This document shows, piece after piece, positions 38,406 to 48,535 of a stretch of DNA of 64,000 bases (positions are counted from its first letter, which is position 1; each line of letters opens with the position of its first letter). A model generated the notes under the pieces. It made no database searches. It saw only the letters and a list, made by a program, of their open reading frames with translations, and was not told the origin of the DNA. The translations under genes were made by a program, and so were the position numbers. The DNA lies in assembly GCA_044433325.1 (NCBI GenBank), contig JAWXTT010000001.1, positions 1,470-65,469 of the forward strand, written 5' to 3'. Source of the DNA: Bacteroidales bacterium (GTDB lineage: Bacteria; Bacteroidota; Bacteroidia; Bacteroidales; Muribaculaceae).

Positions 38406-38891
38406 ATGGAATTAATACCAAATATCAAAATGGAAGAAGCTATACTAGATAATTTAGACTATCAGATACTACAATTAGTAGCTAATAACGCCCGAATATC
38501 CTTTCTGGAGGTAGCCAGAATATGCAATGTATCAGGGGCATCCATCCATCAACGCATCCAAAAGATGACCAACAGTGGAATAATTACAGGTTCAGAGTTC
38601 TCACTTAACCTGCATAGATTAGGGTATGGTACATGCGCATATCTAAGACTATATTTTAATGATAGCATTAAGATAGACAACGTTATTGAACGTGTTAAGA
38701 ATATCCACCAAATAGTAGAATGTCACCAAACAACCGATATTTCTGAACTATTTGTCAAAATTTACGCCCAAAACAATACAGAACTGCTAGATATAATCCA
38801 AAACCGCATAAAACCACTAGGACTAATCCGCAGTGAGGCAATAATGACCTGCAACGAATCATTCCGCCGACAACTAACCTTCTCGTTATAA
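38406..38891 (+). CDS. Lrp/AsnC family transcriptional regulator
   Basis: N-terminal HTH (ISFLEVARICNVSGASIHQRIQKM) plus a C-terminal RAM-like domain. Divergent from the dapL paralog. Confidence 0.75.
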   Translation: MELIPNIKMEEAILDNLDYQILQLVANNARISFLEVARICNVSGASIHQRIQKMTNSGIITGSEFSLNLHRLGYGTCAYLRLYFNDSIKIDNVIERVKNIHQIVECHQTTDISELFVKIYAQNNTELLDIIQNRIKPLGLIRSEAIMTCNESFRRQLTFSL

Positions 38892-38902
38892 TTAGATTGA
38901 GA

Positions 38903-39229
38903 TTACTCAATAGCAATCACCTCAAGTAGCAACTTATGGTGACGCTCAAAGAAACGTCTGAATTTATATAGGGTTAAATTATTAGGGTTATCCTCTACCA
39001 TTTGACCAGCTAAAGTAGTAAATCGTTTTAAATCGGCTGACAATTTATCAAGAGCTGACTGCTCATTAAAATTAGGATGTCGTAAATGTGTATAATGAAC
39101 TAGTGCAAAAGTAGTATAGAATCTACGCAACTCATCATCAGTTAGGTTAAACATCGAAACCTCCTTCATCTCAATCATACATTTGTCATGCTGAACTTGA
39201 TTCAGCACCTTTTCAGTTCCCTCTTCCAT
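38903..39229 (-). CDS. Hypothetical small protein; true start may be M18 (39178), M21 or M26 (39154)
   Basis: 108-aa ORF with no motif I recognise. Its similarity to the upstream mini-ORF begins at MFNLTD (M26), which suggests a shorter product. Confidence 0.45.
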   Translation of the reverse strand: MEEGTEKVLNQVQHDKCMIEMKEVSMFNLTDDELRRFYTTFALVHYTHLRHPNFNEQSALDKLSADLKRFTTLAGQMVEDNPNNLTLYKFRRFFERHHKLLLEVIAIE

Positions 39230-39299
39230 CTCCCATTAGTTTAAGTGTTAATAATAATAACAGGTCTTTAGGAATAAAAAAAGCGATTCCGTCTAACCC

Positions 39300-39445
39300 G
39301 TTGAACTACACCATAACAGCAGTGGGTACATTAATACTCCACACGGAGACGAAACCGCCGTATGGAATGAGCTAGGTACAAAATTAAAATTGCACCTAAA
39401 TCGAATAATAGCAGGTTTCCCAGCTGTTATGGTATGTAGTTCAAC
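39300..39445 (-). ncRNA. Candidate structured RNA of unknown class (sRNA or cis-leader)
   Basis: A 21-bp closing helix (39300-39320 pairs with 39423-39445, with a 2-nt bulge) encloses UGGG/CCCA pairing and at least two hairpins (UAGGUGC-N12-GUACCUA; CCAUAC...GUGUGG). A full-consensus promoter ends 2 nt upstream on the minus strand, and a U7 tract follows at 39276-39282. Confidence 0.5.
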
Positions 39446-39446
39446 A

Positions 39447-39478
39447 CAAAAGTAATTAAAGAAACCGAGACCACCAAA
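39447..39478 (-). promoter_or_regulatory. Bacteroides-type promoter driving the structured RNA
   Basis: The minus strand reads TTTG-(20 nt)-TACTTTTG (plus-strand CAAA at 39475-39478, CAAAAGTA at 39447-39454). Confidence 0.6.
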
Positions 39479-39515
39479 AGAATACAAGATTCATATCACA
39501 AATTATAGAGAAAGT

Positions 39516-39599
39516 CTAATTAGCATTAATCAACTCAAGCGATTGCTTATGGCGATACTCAAAGAAACCTCTGTCATACCAATCAGTAATATTTACCAT
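39516..39599 (-). pseudogene. 27-codon internally deleted paralog of the 38903..39229 gene (MVNITDWYDRGFFEYRHKQSLELINAN)
   Basis: Its N-terminus MVNITD matches MFNLTD. Its C-terminus FFEYRHKQSLELINAN-stop matches FFERHHKLLLEVIAIE-stop of the downstream gene. It is preceded by a copy of the same 19-nt motif. Confidence 0.4.
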
Positions 39600-39608
39600 G
39601 CTAAGTAT

Positions 39609-39654
39609 ATCCACATTTGTCATTCTGAATAAGTTCAGAATGACAAATGTGGAT
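39609..39654. repeat. Perfect 21-bp-stem palindrome built from two inverted copies of the 19-nt motif
   Basis: 39609-39629 pairs with 39634-39654 around a 4-nt loop. The arms CCACATTTGTCATTCTGAA / TTCAGAATGACAAATGTGG resemble 39177-39195 and 39661-39679. It may also terminate the 39697..40254 gene. Confidence 0.8.
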
Positions 39655-39696
39655 TGTTAATTCAGCATGACAAATGTATATATTTTTGACATGACA

Positions 39697-40254
39697 TTAG
39701 CGGGTGTGGAAGTGTAACACCTCTTCTCCTGCTATCTTGGCTGTGATTGTTTGGTTGATTTGTAGTTCGGCTAGGTTATCTGCTTTGTAGCCTGTGTATA
39801 TAATATCTCCTATCTTTAGGGTGAAGTATTTACTGATATGTTCGATAATTGCATCTATATCATTACACATTGTGCTAGTATCTAAACTATGTATTAGCTT
39901 ATCATCAATGTAAGTTTCAATCACACCACTATCCGCCGCCTCTTTAGCGATAAAATCTCCCATAATAGCTGAGCTATCAAAGGCATTAACCATTGCGCCC
40001 GACAACTCCTCACCATGTGCAGTTACTGTTAATCCTACCGAGTATTGAGAATAGTAACGGCTGGCGAATCGCTTAGATATATTTTTACCTAATCTATCAA
40101 TCTTGACTATTAGATGGGTATTGAATTGAAATTGTTCAGCAAATGATGGCACAAAAAATGGTTTTCCATCCTTTAAAATTGCTGAATCTGGTACTATATA
40201 TACTTCGGGAAAAGTGAGAGTATTGTAATTCTCCTTTAAGACTATAATCTTCAC
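39697..40254 (-). CDS. Fumarylacetoacetate hydrolase (FAH) family protein, tentative
   Basis: 185 aa. The pattern ...KPFFVPSF...HLIVKIDRLGKNI...IGDIIYTG resembles short bacterial FAH-fold proteins. Confidence 0.5.
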   Translation of the reverse strand: MKIIVLKENYNTLTFPEVYIVPDSAILKDGKPFFVPSFAEQFQFNTHLIVKIDRLGKNISKRFASRYYSQYSVGLTVTAHGEELSGAMVNAFDSSAIMGDFIAKEAADSGVIETYIDDKLIHSLDTSTMCNDIDAIIEHISKYFTLKIGDIIYTGYKADNLAELQINQTITAKIAGEEVLHFHTR

Positions 40255-40262
40255 GACTTAAA

Positions 40263-40910
40263 CTATTTATTATTCATTCTATTATACAACACTGCAAGGT
40301 GTGCATATATCGATGTATTCTGTATAACTATATCATCCTCAGCAATTATCCTAATTGGCGAGAAATTCCAGATTGCTTTAATATTAACTTTGACCATCAG
40401 GTTGGTTACCTCTTGCGCATACTCAATAGGCACAGCTACTATCCCTATTTGAGCATTAAATTGCTCTTGTCGCTGCTCTAACTCACTAATATCATAGATT
40501 GGTACACCACACTTGATACTGCCTACCAATTCAGGATTAACATCAAACCCTGCAACGATATTTAATCCAAACTGTGACAATCCTGAATCTTGCACTAAAG
40601 CTCCACCTAGACTACCAACACCGAAGATAAATGCGCGATGATCTTTTTTAAATCCTAAGAACTCTTCAAGCTTCACAACCAATGGCTTTACCTCATAACC
40701 CAATCTGGTTTTTCCACGAATATTCAGAAATGATAGATCTTTAGCAATAATCGAAGAATCAACATGTATAGCCTTAGATATCTGAGTAGATGAAACATAC
40801 TCAACACTCTGCGTAGCTAATAAATTAACATACGCAAGATACCACGGAAGCCTTCTTAATGTAGGTTCAGGGAGTAGTTGTAATATATTATTCTCTTTAT
40901 CGTTTGCCAT
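40263..40910 (-). CDS. rex: Redox-sensing transcriptional repressor Rex
   Basis: N-terminal winged helix (PEPTLRRLPWYLAYVNLL) and a Rossmann motif IFGVGSLGGAL. Confidence 0.85.
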   Translation of the reverse strand: MANDKENNILQLLPEPTLRRLPWYLAYVNLLATQSVEYVSSTQISKAIHVDSSIIAKDLSFLNIRGKTRLGYEVKPLVVKLEEFLGFKKDHRAFIFGVGSLGGALVQDSGLSQFGLNIVAGFDVNPELVGSIKCGVPIYDISELEQRQEQFNAQIGIVAVPIEYAQEVTNLMVKVNIKAIWNFSPIRIIAEDDIVIQNTSIYAHLAVLYNRMNNK

Positions 40911-41020
40911 ATCCCAAATTGTGAATTACAAAGATAACTATAAAACTAATACACTACAAATAAATAACCCTAAATAACATATTTATAGATATTTAGGGTT
41001 ATTATTATATGGTGTGGATA

Positions 41021-44000
41021 TTATTGTGATATTACCATTATTTTCTTAGATGCTGTTGCTGAACTACTATCATCTGTGGATATTTCAGCTCGATATATAT
41101 ATATACCCTGCGGCACTCTTCTACCTGAGGTATCAGTCAAATCCCACTCTATTGGGAAGGATGTAAACATATCACTCTTACCTGTTTCTGTTGCACTCCA
41201 AACCATTCTACCCATAAGATTATAGATAGTTAGCGTCACATCCAAAATTGCATCAGGTCTATTATGCTCAACGTAAAACTCCGCCAAATCACTTACTGGA
41301 TTAGTGGTGGTATATACGCTAGCTATATCTGGAGTTAACCCTTTAATAACTGTAAATGTTATTGTCTGCTCTGATGAATTATTTGCAATATCCCATACCT
41401 TAAATCTCAGTGTATGCTCTCCATCCTCTAGCTCATCAATAGGGTAATTAACCGTACCGCCATTATCATACATTGATGGAGTATAATATTGCGAAACATC
41501 TGTGTATAATGTCTTACCATCTATCAATATTGTCATTTGGTGACCTATCCCACTAGTTGAGATATTAATACCACTCTCATCGGTAAATGCTGCCATTAGC
41601 ATAGGGGTCTCATTAACTGTATCGCCATCCTTAAAGTCTGTGCTATTTAGCACTACATACTCAATAGTTGGACCTATAGTATCTAATTCAGCACTCTCAT
41701 CATAACCATAAACATATAAGTCATATGATGCGCCGTTCCCCTCAATTGAATTATCATCGCATGAATAGAAGCTGAACATTGCAGGTGAATAGTTATTGTT
41801 TATCTCAGTTGGCATTGAGAATGTTACCTCAAATTCACCATTACGAATTGAGTCTGCACCTACATACAACTTATTAGATCTATCATAATAGACATATTGC
41901 ACACCACCATCACCATTTCCGTATGTTTCGATTGAAATTTCTGAATCATACAACGTCGGTGTTAATACTCCATTATAGTCTGTTGCTTTATCTCCATTAA
42001 CGTCATACACAGTACCTGTAATCGTAACTGTTTCACGCGCCTTTATTGTTTGCATATTATCCTCACTTAACTGCTGACCATTAATTTTATCTAATGTTAT
42101 GTTATAAGTAGGATATGCTAATCTCAGTGATGGATCTCCACAAACTGCATATCTTAATTTATTTGAGCTACTTGAGATTGAATTTTTAGCATCCTTCAAG
42201 ATATCACCAATACGTTTATACTCACCATTATCATCTTTACTAAATATCTCATTCCCAACCTTGGCACTTATAGTTCCATTATCTGAAACATAAGCTAGAC
42301 GCGTTGTTGAAATTAGGGCAATTGCTCCACCACGTGAATTTAGGAATAATAACTCACCAGCTGAAACACTCGCGCCATCCCAACGTGTAAACTCACAAGT
42401 AGCTGTGTAAAACAGTGGCAAATGACTTAAATACATATCCTCGATATCTGTAATATTAAGCAATCCCTCATGTGTCCACCCTACGGTATTAGCGTGCCCT
42501 ATATAGTTTACCCATAGTTGCCCTTCATCCAATTTCTGAAACATCTGTTTACGAGCATCTGGATATGATCGACCTGAACCTGAACTTACCGATGCATAAG
42601 CATCTGTATATAGATAATTGTAAAGATACTTATCACCACCATTGCTTTTCATATTAGCAATCTGTGCATCTGTCTGTATCATATGTGCAGCTGAATCTTC
42701 ATCATCAGCTATCATTAACAGATTATTTTTCCACGCGCCTGAATCTTTATTCTCAACATAGCTGTATAGCTTATCGACTGTTTCATCTGCCTCGGTACTG
42801 CTTTTAATAGGCATACGCCCTACCGCTATCGATAACTTATCTGAACTAAGTGATGAGCCTGAATTATCATCAAGGAATCCATAAAAATCATCAGTGGTAT
42901 ATGAGCTATTCTCATTATCACCTGCTTCACTTTGCCATGTTGGCAATAGTGGATAGCCATAACTCTTGACTGTTTCAGTAATAGCTCTATTATCATAACT
43001 TCCACGACCAAATAGTAATAGGTATTTTAGACCGTCACCATCCGCTGAACCACGATCATACCACATCTTTAGCATTTTACGTATTGCCATTATATCAGGT
43101 GTTCCTGAGGAAAACTCATTATAAATCTGATCTGGAGTTAATACTACCACATCCATATTATCATTACTACGACGTAACTCAGCTAAACGTTCAGCATCAG
43201 TAAGGTATTCTGTTGGCGAAACGATAACCATATTAGGGGTTGAGCGCGCATGTATATTCTGTGTAACTACATCACTGACATATTCAGGTGTTGGAAATGT
43301 TCCATCACTATTAAAAGCAATATAACTATTTAATCCTGAGATAGTAGGAGTAAACAGGATATCACTACCACTAAGTGTATATTTAATATTCTTAGGTGCG
43401 TAACTACTACTGATATCCCATATATAACTATTACTGTCACCACCACTCACCTTTAATATATCACTTGTTGATGTTATTATATTATTGAATACTAGTTGTG
43501 AATCATCTAATTTTAATTCTCGCCAATAATTGATAGTAATATAATTTAATCTAGCAGCTACCAATGTGCCACTATAACTAAACTCAACATTATAGCTTAA
43601 ATCTGACTTGGTTGGTGTAAAGGTACGAGTTGCGCTTACCAGTTTGTAATGTTCATAATCTGATGAAGATGCTGAAATAGCTGTTGAGCTAGAAATACTA
43701 GTGTCATTCTGTTTAAAACTTAATAACCCTGTTCCTCCTGTTATTTTAGCTCCAAAGGATGTTGTCACAACCACTTCACTATCATCAACTAAGTTATCTA
43801 ATGTGAAGTTAAAGGTCTGCGATGTACTATACTTAAAATCCTCTCCTAACAAAGCACGACCAGTTGAGCCTACCGAGTATAGCTCCTGCTCATGATATTT
43901 ACGCTCAATAAAGGATGTTATATAATTGTTATCAGTACCGCTTACAACACTTTGAGTAATATCTTCTGGTGAGATATCAGCATAATCCCCCTCTACAACA

Positions 44001-44443
44001 AAGTAATATCCCGCTTGGGCGTATGGATGTTGTACTTGGGTGAATTTTAAGCTAGATGATGAGCTATAACTCCATGATTCATGAGATTGTGCATAAAATA
44101 GAATATCCCCACTATCTGTTCTTAAAATTGGAACTTGTGGCAAGTCATCTATAAAATCGGCAGTCAACACCTCTGATATTGGAGCTCCTCCATAGCCAAA
44201 TATCTGTACTTTACTAATATCCGAAAAGCCCCATTTGGTTATATCGCTCTTAGTGATTGAATGAATACCTGTCTCTGTCACCTTAATTTTAACCCAACTT
44301 CCACTACCTAACACCGACTCGGTTGCATATATATCACTACTTAACGCATTAGCACGTAAAGGAATCATACATATAAGTATGATTAATAGTGATATACGTA
44401 TAATCAATCTCTCTATTCTATATATATATTGCATTAATGTCAT
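41021..44443 (-). CDS. Peptidase C25 (gingipain-like) family protein with a T9SS C-terminal sorting domain; PorU-like
   Basis: 1140 aa with a signal-like N-terminus. The central region has candidate His (IGHANTVGW) and Cys (FYTATCEFTRWD) sites. The C-terminal roughly 80 aa (…GIYIYRAEIS…KKIMVISQ) are typical of a type A CTD. Size matches PorU. Confidence 0.6.
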   Translation of the reverse strand: MTLMQYIYRIERLIIRISLLIILICMIPLRANALSSDIYATESVLGSGSWVKIKVTETGIHSITKSDITKWGFSDISKVQIFGYGGAPISEVLTADFIDDLPQVPILRTDSGDILFYAQSHESWSYSSSSSLKFTQVQHPYAQAGYYFVVEGDYADISPEDITQSVVSGTDNNYITSFIERKYHEQELYSVGSTGRALLGEDFKYSTSQTFNFTLDNLVDDSEVVVTTSFGAKITGGTGLLSFKQNDTSISSSTAISASSSDYEHYKLVSATRTFTPTKSDLSYNVEFSYSGTLVAARLNYITINYWRELKLDDSQLVFNNIITSTSDILKVSGGDSNSYIWDISSSYAPKNIKYTLSGSDILFTPTISGLNSYIAFNSDGTFPTPEYVSDVVTQNIHARSTPNMVIVSPTEYLTDAERLAELRRSNDNMDVVVLTPDQIYNEFSSGTPDIMAIRKMLKMWYDRGSADGDGLKYLLLFGRGSYDNRAITETVKSYGYPLLPTWQSEAGDNENSSYTTDDFYGFLDDNSGSSLSSDKLSIAVGRMPIKSSTEADETVDKLYSYVENKDSGAWKNNLLMIADDEDSAAHMIQTDAQIANMKSNGGDKYLYNYLYTDAYASVSSGSGRSYPDARKQMFQKLDEGQLWVNYIGHANTVGWTHEGLLNITDIEDMYLSHLPLFYTATCEFTRWDGASVSAGELLFLNSRGGAIALISTTRLAYVSDNGTISAKVGNEIFSKDDNGEYKRIGDILKDAKNSISSSSNKLRYAVCGDPSLRLAYPTYNITLDKINGQQLSEDNMQTIKARETVTITGTVYDVNGDKATDYNGVLTPTLYDSEISIETYGNGDGGVQYVYYDRSNKLYVGADSIRNGEFEVTFSMPTEINNNYSPAMFSFYSCDDNSIEGNGASYDLYVYGYDESAELDTIGPTIEYVVLNSTDFKDGDTVNETPMLMAAFTDESGINISTSGIGHQMTILIDGKTLYTDVSQYYTPSMYDNGGTVNYPIDELEDGEHTLRFKVWDIANNSSEQTITFTVIKGLTPDIASVYTTTNPVSDLAEFYVEHNRPDAILDVTLTIYNLMGRMVWSATETGKSDMFTSFPIEWDLTDTSGRRVPQGIYIYRAEISTDDSSSATASKKIMVISQ

Positions 44444-44485
44444 GTTTACCTAATTGATTAACGTATAAATTTCATATATATTATA

Positions 44486-44531
44486 GGGGGAGCTTCTAAA
44501 AATTGGTTTTATTCGATTATTAGAAGTCCTC
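44486..44531. repeat. Dispersed palindromic repeat, degenerate copy
   Basis: GGGGGAGCTTCTAAAAATTGGTTTTATTCGATTATTAGAAGTCCTC. It shares the exact 23-mer TTTTATTCGATTATTAGAAGTCC with 63745-63767. Lies between yidC and the C25 gene. Confidence 0.75.
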
Positions 44532-44612
44532 TATGTAACAATAGAGGTTACCAAATAATTTTTAACTATTAGGTAACCTCTACTGCTATGATGATAATTT
44601 AGTTTCTCTTAA

Positions 44613-46727
44613 TTATCTTTTCCCACCCTTCTTTTGTTGTTCACGAACGGCTGCTTGTTGTTGGCGTTGTGCCTCCTCAAGACGTGCCATAAAACCACTT
44701 TTCTTTTTAGGCTTCTTAGCGTTTTCTGCCATCTTAGCGCGCATCTTATCCTCTGAGACATAGTAACGAGTTACATATGTTTGGATTATCGATATCAACA
44801 ATGAAATAAAGTAATAATAACTTAAACCTGCTGCATAGTTATTGAAGAATACTAAGAACATTACAGGCATCATATACATCATCATCTTCATACCAGGCAT
44901 TTGGTTATTAGATGCTTGGCTCTGCATATTGATACGTGTATATAGTATGTTAGTAACTGTCATTAATATACAGAATAAGCTTAAATGGTTACCAAAGTAG
45001 TCTGAGACAAATGGGATATGCGTAGTCCATGTTACTATTGCATCAGGAGCCGATAAATCTTTAGCCCATAGGAATGACTCTCCGCGTAGCTCGATACATG
45101 ATGGGAAAAATGCAAACATTGCAATCAAGATAGGCATCTGTAACAGTAGTGGTAAACATCCACTAAATGGACTTGCTCCAGCTTGACTGTAAAGTGCCAT
45201 TGTCTTTTGCTGACGAATCATTGCATTCTCTTGCCCTGGATATTTATCGTTGATAGCTTGAATATCTGGAGCTAGGAAGCGCATCTTCACTTGTGAGATT
45301 GTACTCTTATATGTAAGTGGGAATAGGATTAATTTAATAAATAGTGTAAGGATTAAGATTATCACACCATAGTTAGAAATCCAATTACCTAAAATATCAA
45401 ATACTGGAATTACAATTAATGTATTAACCCAACGGAATAAGCTCCATCCTAATGGAATTAGGTTAGTAAGTTCTAAATCCTCGTCAGGTGAAACTCTTTC
45501 ACCCTCTGTATCTAAAAGATGATATTTATTAGGACCTAAATAGAAATAGAATGTAGCAGGATAACTTTCAGTTGAGTTGTATTCAACTGAAGCTGTTGCT
45601 GTCATATCCTTTAAATATTTGCTATGATCTGCCGCACCCTTCTCTATTATTTTGCTATTGAACTTGCCATATGTGAAGTTATTTTCAGCTATTAATACAG
45701 CTGAGAAGAATTGGTTTTTAAATCCAATCCATTTGATTTTGTCCATCACATTCTCAGTGTCATCACTTGATGCACTTAAATCTTCAACATCACCACCTGC
45801 ATATTTATAATAGATCGCGCTATTACGCTCTTCAAACATTTCTCCCTTTTCATGACGAGCCATCTTTTGGTGCCATGTGAAATCCATAGATGTTATATTG
45901 GTTGGGATAGTTCTATTCATATCCATCTGCACAACCTCCATCTTAACCATATAGCTATCTGATGGCAATGTATATTGAATTCCGAACTTACTACCATTAA
46001 CCATATTCAGTGCCATTAACACTGTTGAGTCATTTACTTGTGTAGCCTCGAAATATAAATCTTTAGTATCAAAACGTTGTGAGTTACTATTTAAGATAAA
46101 GCTATAATCATTATCCTTACCATCGAATAGAACTAGTTGATCCTCTTGGAACGAGTCATATTCCTTTAGAGTTGCTGTTTCTATTACACCACCCTTGGTT
46201 GATAACTCTAGCTTGATAAACTGATTTTCAAGGTTAATAATCTGCTCCTTACCATTAACGAATGGTGCGAAGTTTTCATATTTACCTATCGTACGTAACA
46301 TATTCTTTAGGATAGTTGCAGCAATTAAATCATTTTTAGTTGTAGGATTTAATGCATCAGCAACTGTTACACTCCCCTTATCATCTGCTAAGGTTACTGT
46401 TCCTGAAAGATCACCTTTGTATAAAGTAATATTTACATCACCATTAGTTATATTATATGACTTACTACCGTCATTGTTATATGTAGTTGTCCCAAACTCC
46501 TCAACTGTTGATTTTAATATTATAATATCAGTTTTAGATAATGTGTCTGCTGTACTAGTTTCAGAAATAGTAATTGTTGAGGTACGGGCTGCTGCCGCCT
46601 CAGTTCTAGCTAATTCTTTAGCTTTGCGTTGTGCTTCCAACTCTTCAGCTGAAGGTTGGTTCATCCACATAAATCCAAATATTACCGCTCCCATTAGGAG
46701 CATTCCGACAATTGTATTTTTATCCAT
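44613..46727 (-). CDS. yidC: Membrane protein insertase YidC
   Basis: 704 aa with an N-terminal TM segment, a large periplasmic domain, a C-terminal 5-TM core (…PLLLQMPILIAMF…) and a basic tail. Shows the pyrG-yidC synteny typical of Bacteroidetes. Confidence 0.9.
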   Translation of the reverse strand: MDKNTIVGMLLMGAVIFGFMWMNQPSAEELEAQRKAKELARTEAAAARTSTITISETSTADTLSKTDIIILKSTVEEFGTTTYNNDGSKSYNITNGDVNITLYKGDLSGTVTLADDKGSVTVADALNPTTKNDLIAATILKNMLRTIGKYENFAPFVNGKEQIINLENQFIKLELSTKGGVIETATLKEYDSFQEDQLVLFDGKDNDYSFILNSNSQRFDTKDLYFEATQVNDSTVLMALNMVNGSKFGIQYTLPSDSYMVKMEVVQMDMNRTIPTNITSMDFTWHQKMARHEKGEMFEERNSAIYYKYAGGDVEDLSASSDDTENVMDKIKWIGFKNQFFSAVLIAENNFTYGKFNSKIIEKGAADHSKYLKDMTATASVEYNSTESYPATFYFYLGPNKYHLLDTEGERVSPDEDLELTNLIPLGWSLFRWVNTLIVIPVFDILGNWISNYGVIILILTLFIKLILFPLTYKSTISQVKMRFLAPDIQAINDKYPGQENAMIRQQKTMALYSQAGASPFSGCLPLLLQMPILIAMFAFFPSCIELRGESFLWAKDLSAPDAIVTWTTHIPFVSDYFGNHLSLFCILMTVTNILYTRINMQSQASNNQMPGMKMMMYMMPVMFLVFFNNYAAGLSYYYFISLLISIIQTYVTRYYVSEDKMRAKMAENAKKPKKKSGFMARLEEAQRQQQAAVREQQKKGGKR

Positions 46728-46729
46728 TG

Positions 46730-48361
<1,632 letters not shown>

Positions 48362-48535
48362 TTAAGCTACAAAATTAGTAATAATTATTAAGCATATCTA
48401 CTAAATAGAATTAAAAAATAGTGAAAAGCTAAACTCAACTAAATTATTATCAACTTACTTTATTTATTAGATGTATTTTTTAGTGTAAAATAATATCTAT
48501 TTATTAATTTTGTAACCAAAATAACTTTTTTAAGT

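Noticed and set aside
39300-39445. Possible cobalamin riboswitch (minus strand contains GGGAA, GGUGCAA and CCCACUG)
   Set aside because: The order and spacing of these elements do not fit the B12 aptamer: about 20 nt lie between GGGAA and GGUG, and the B12-box-like element merges into the closing helix. No cobalamin-related gene lies downstream.
39293-39487. 64-aa minus-strand ORF (MYSFGGLGFFNYF...)
   Set aside because: It coincides exactly with the long-helix structured element and spans that element's own promoter. The composition is not protein-like, so I treat the locus as an RNA candidate instead.
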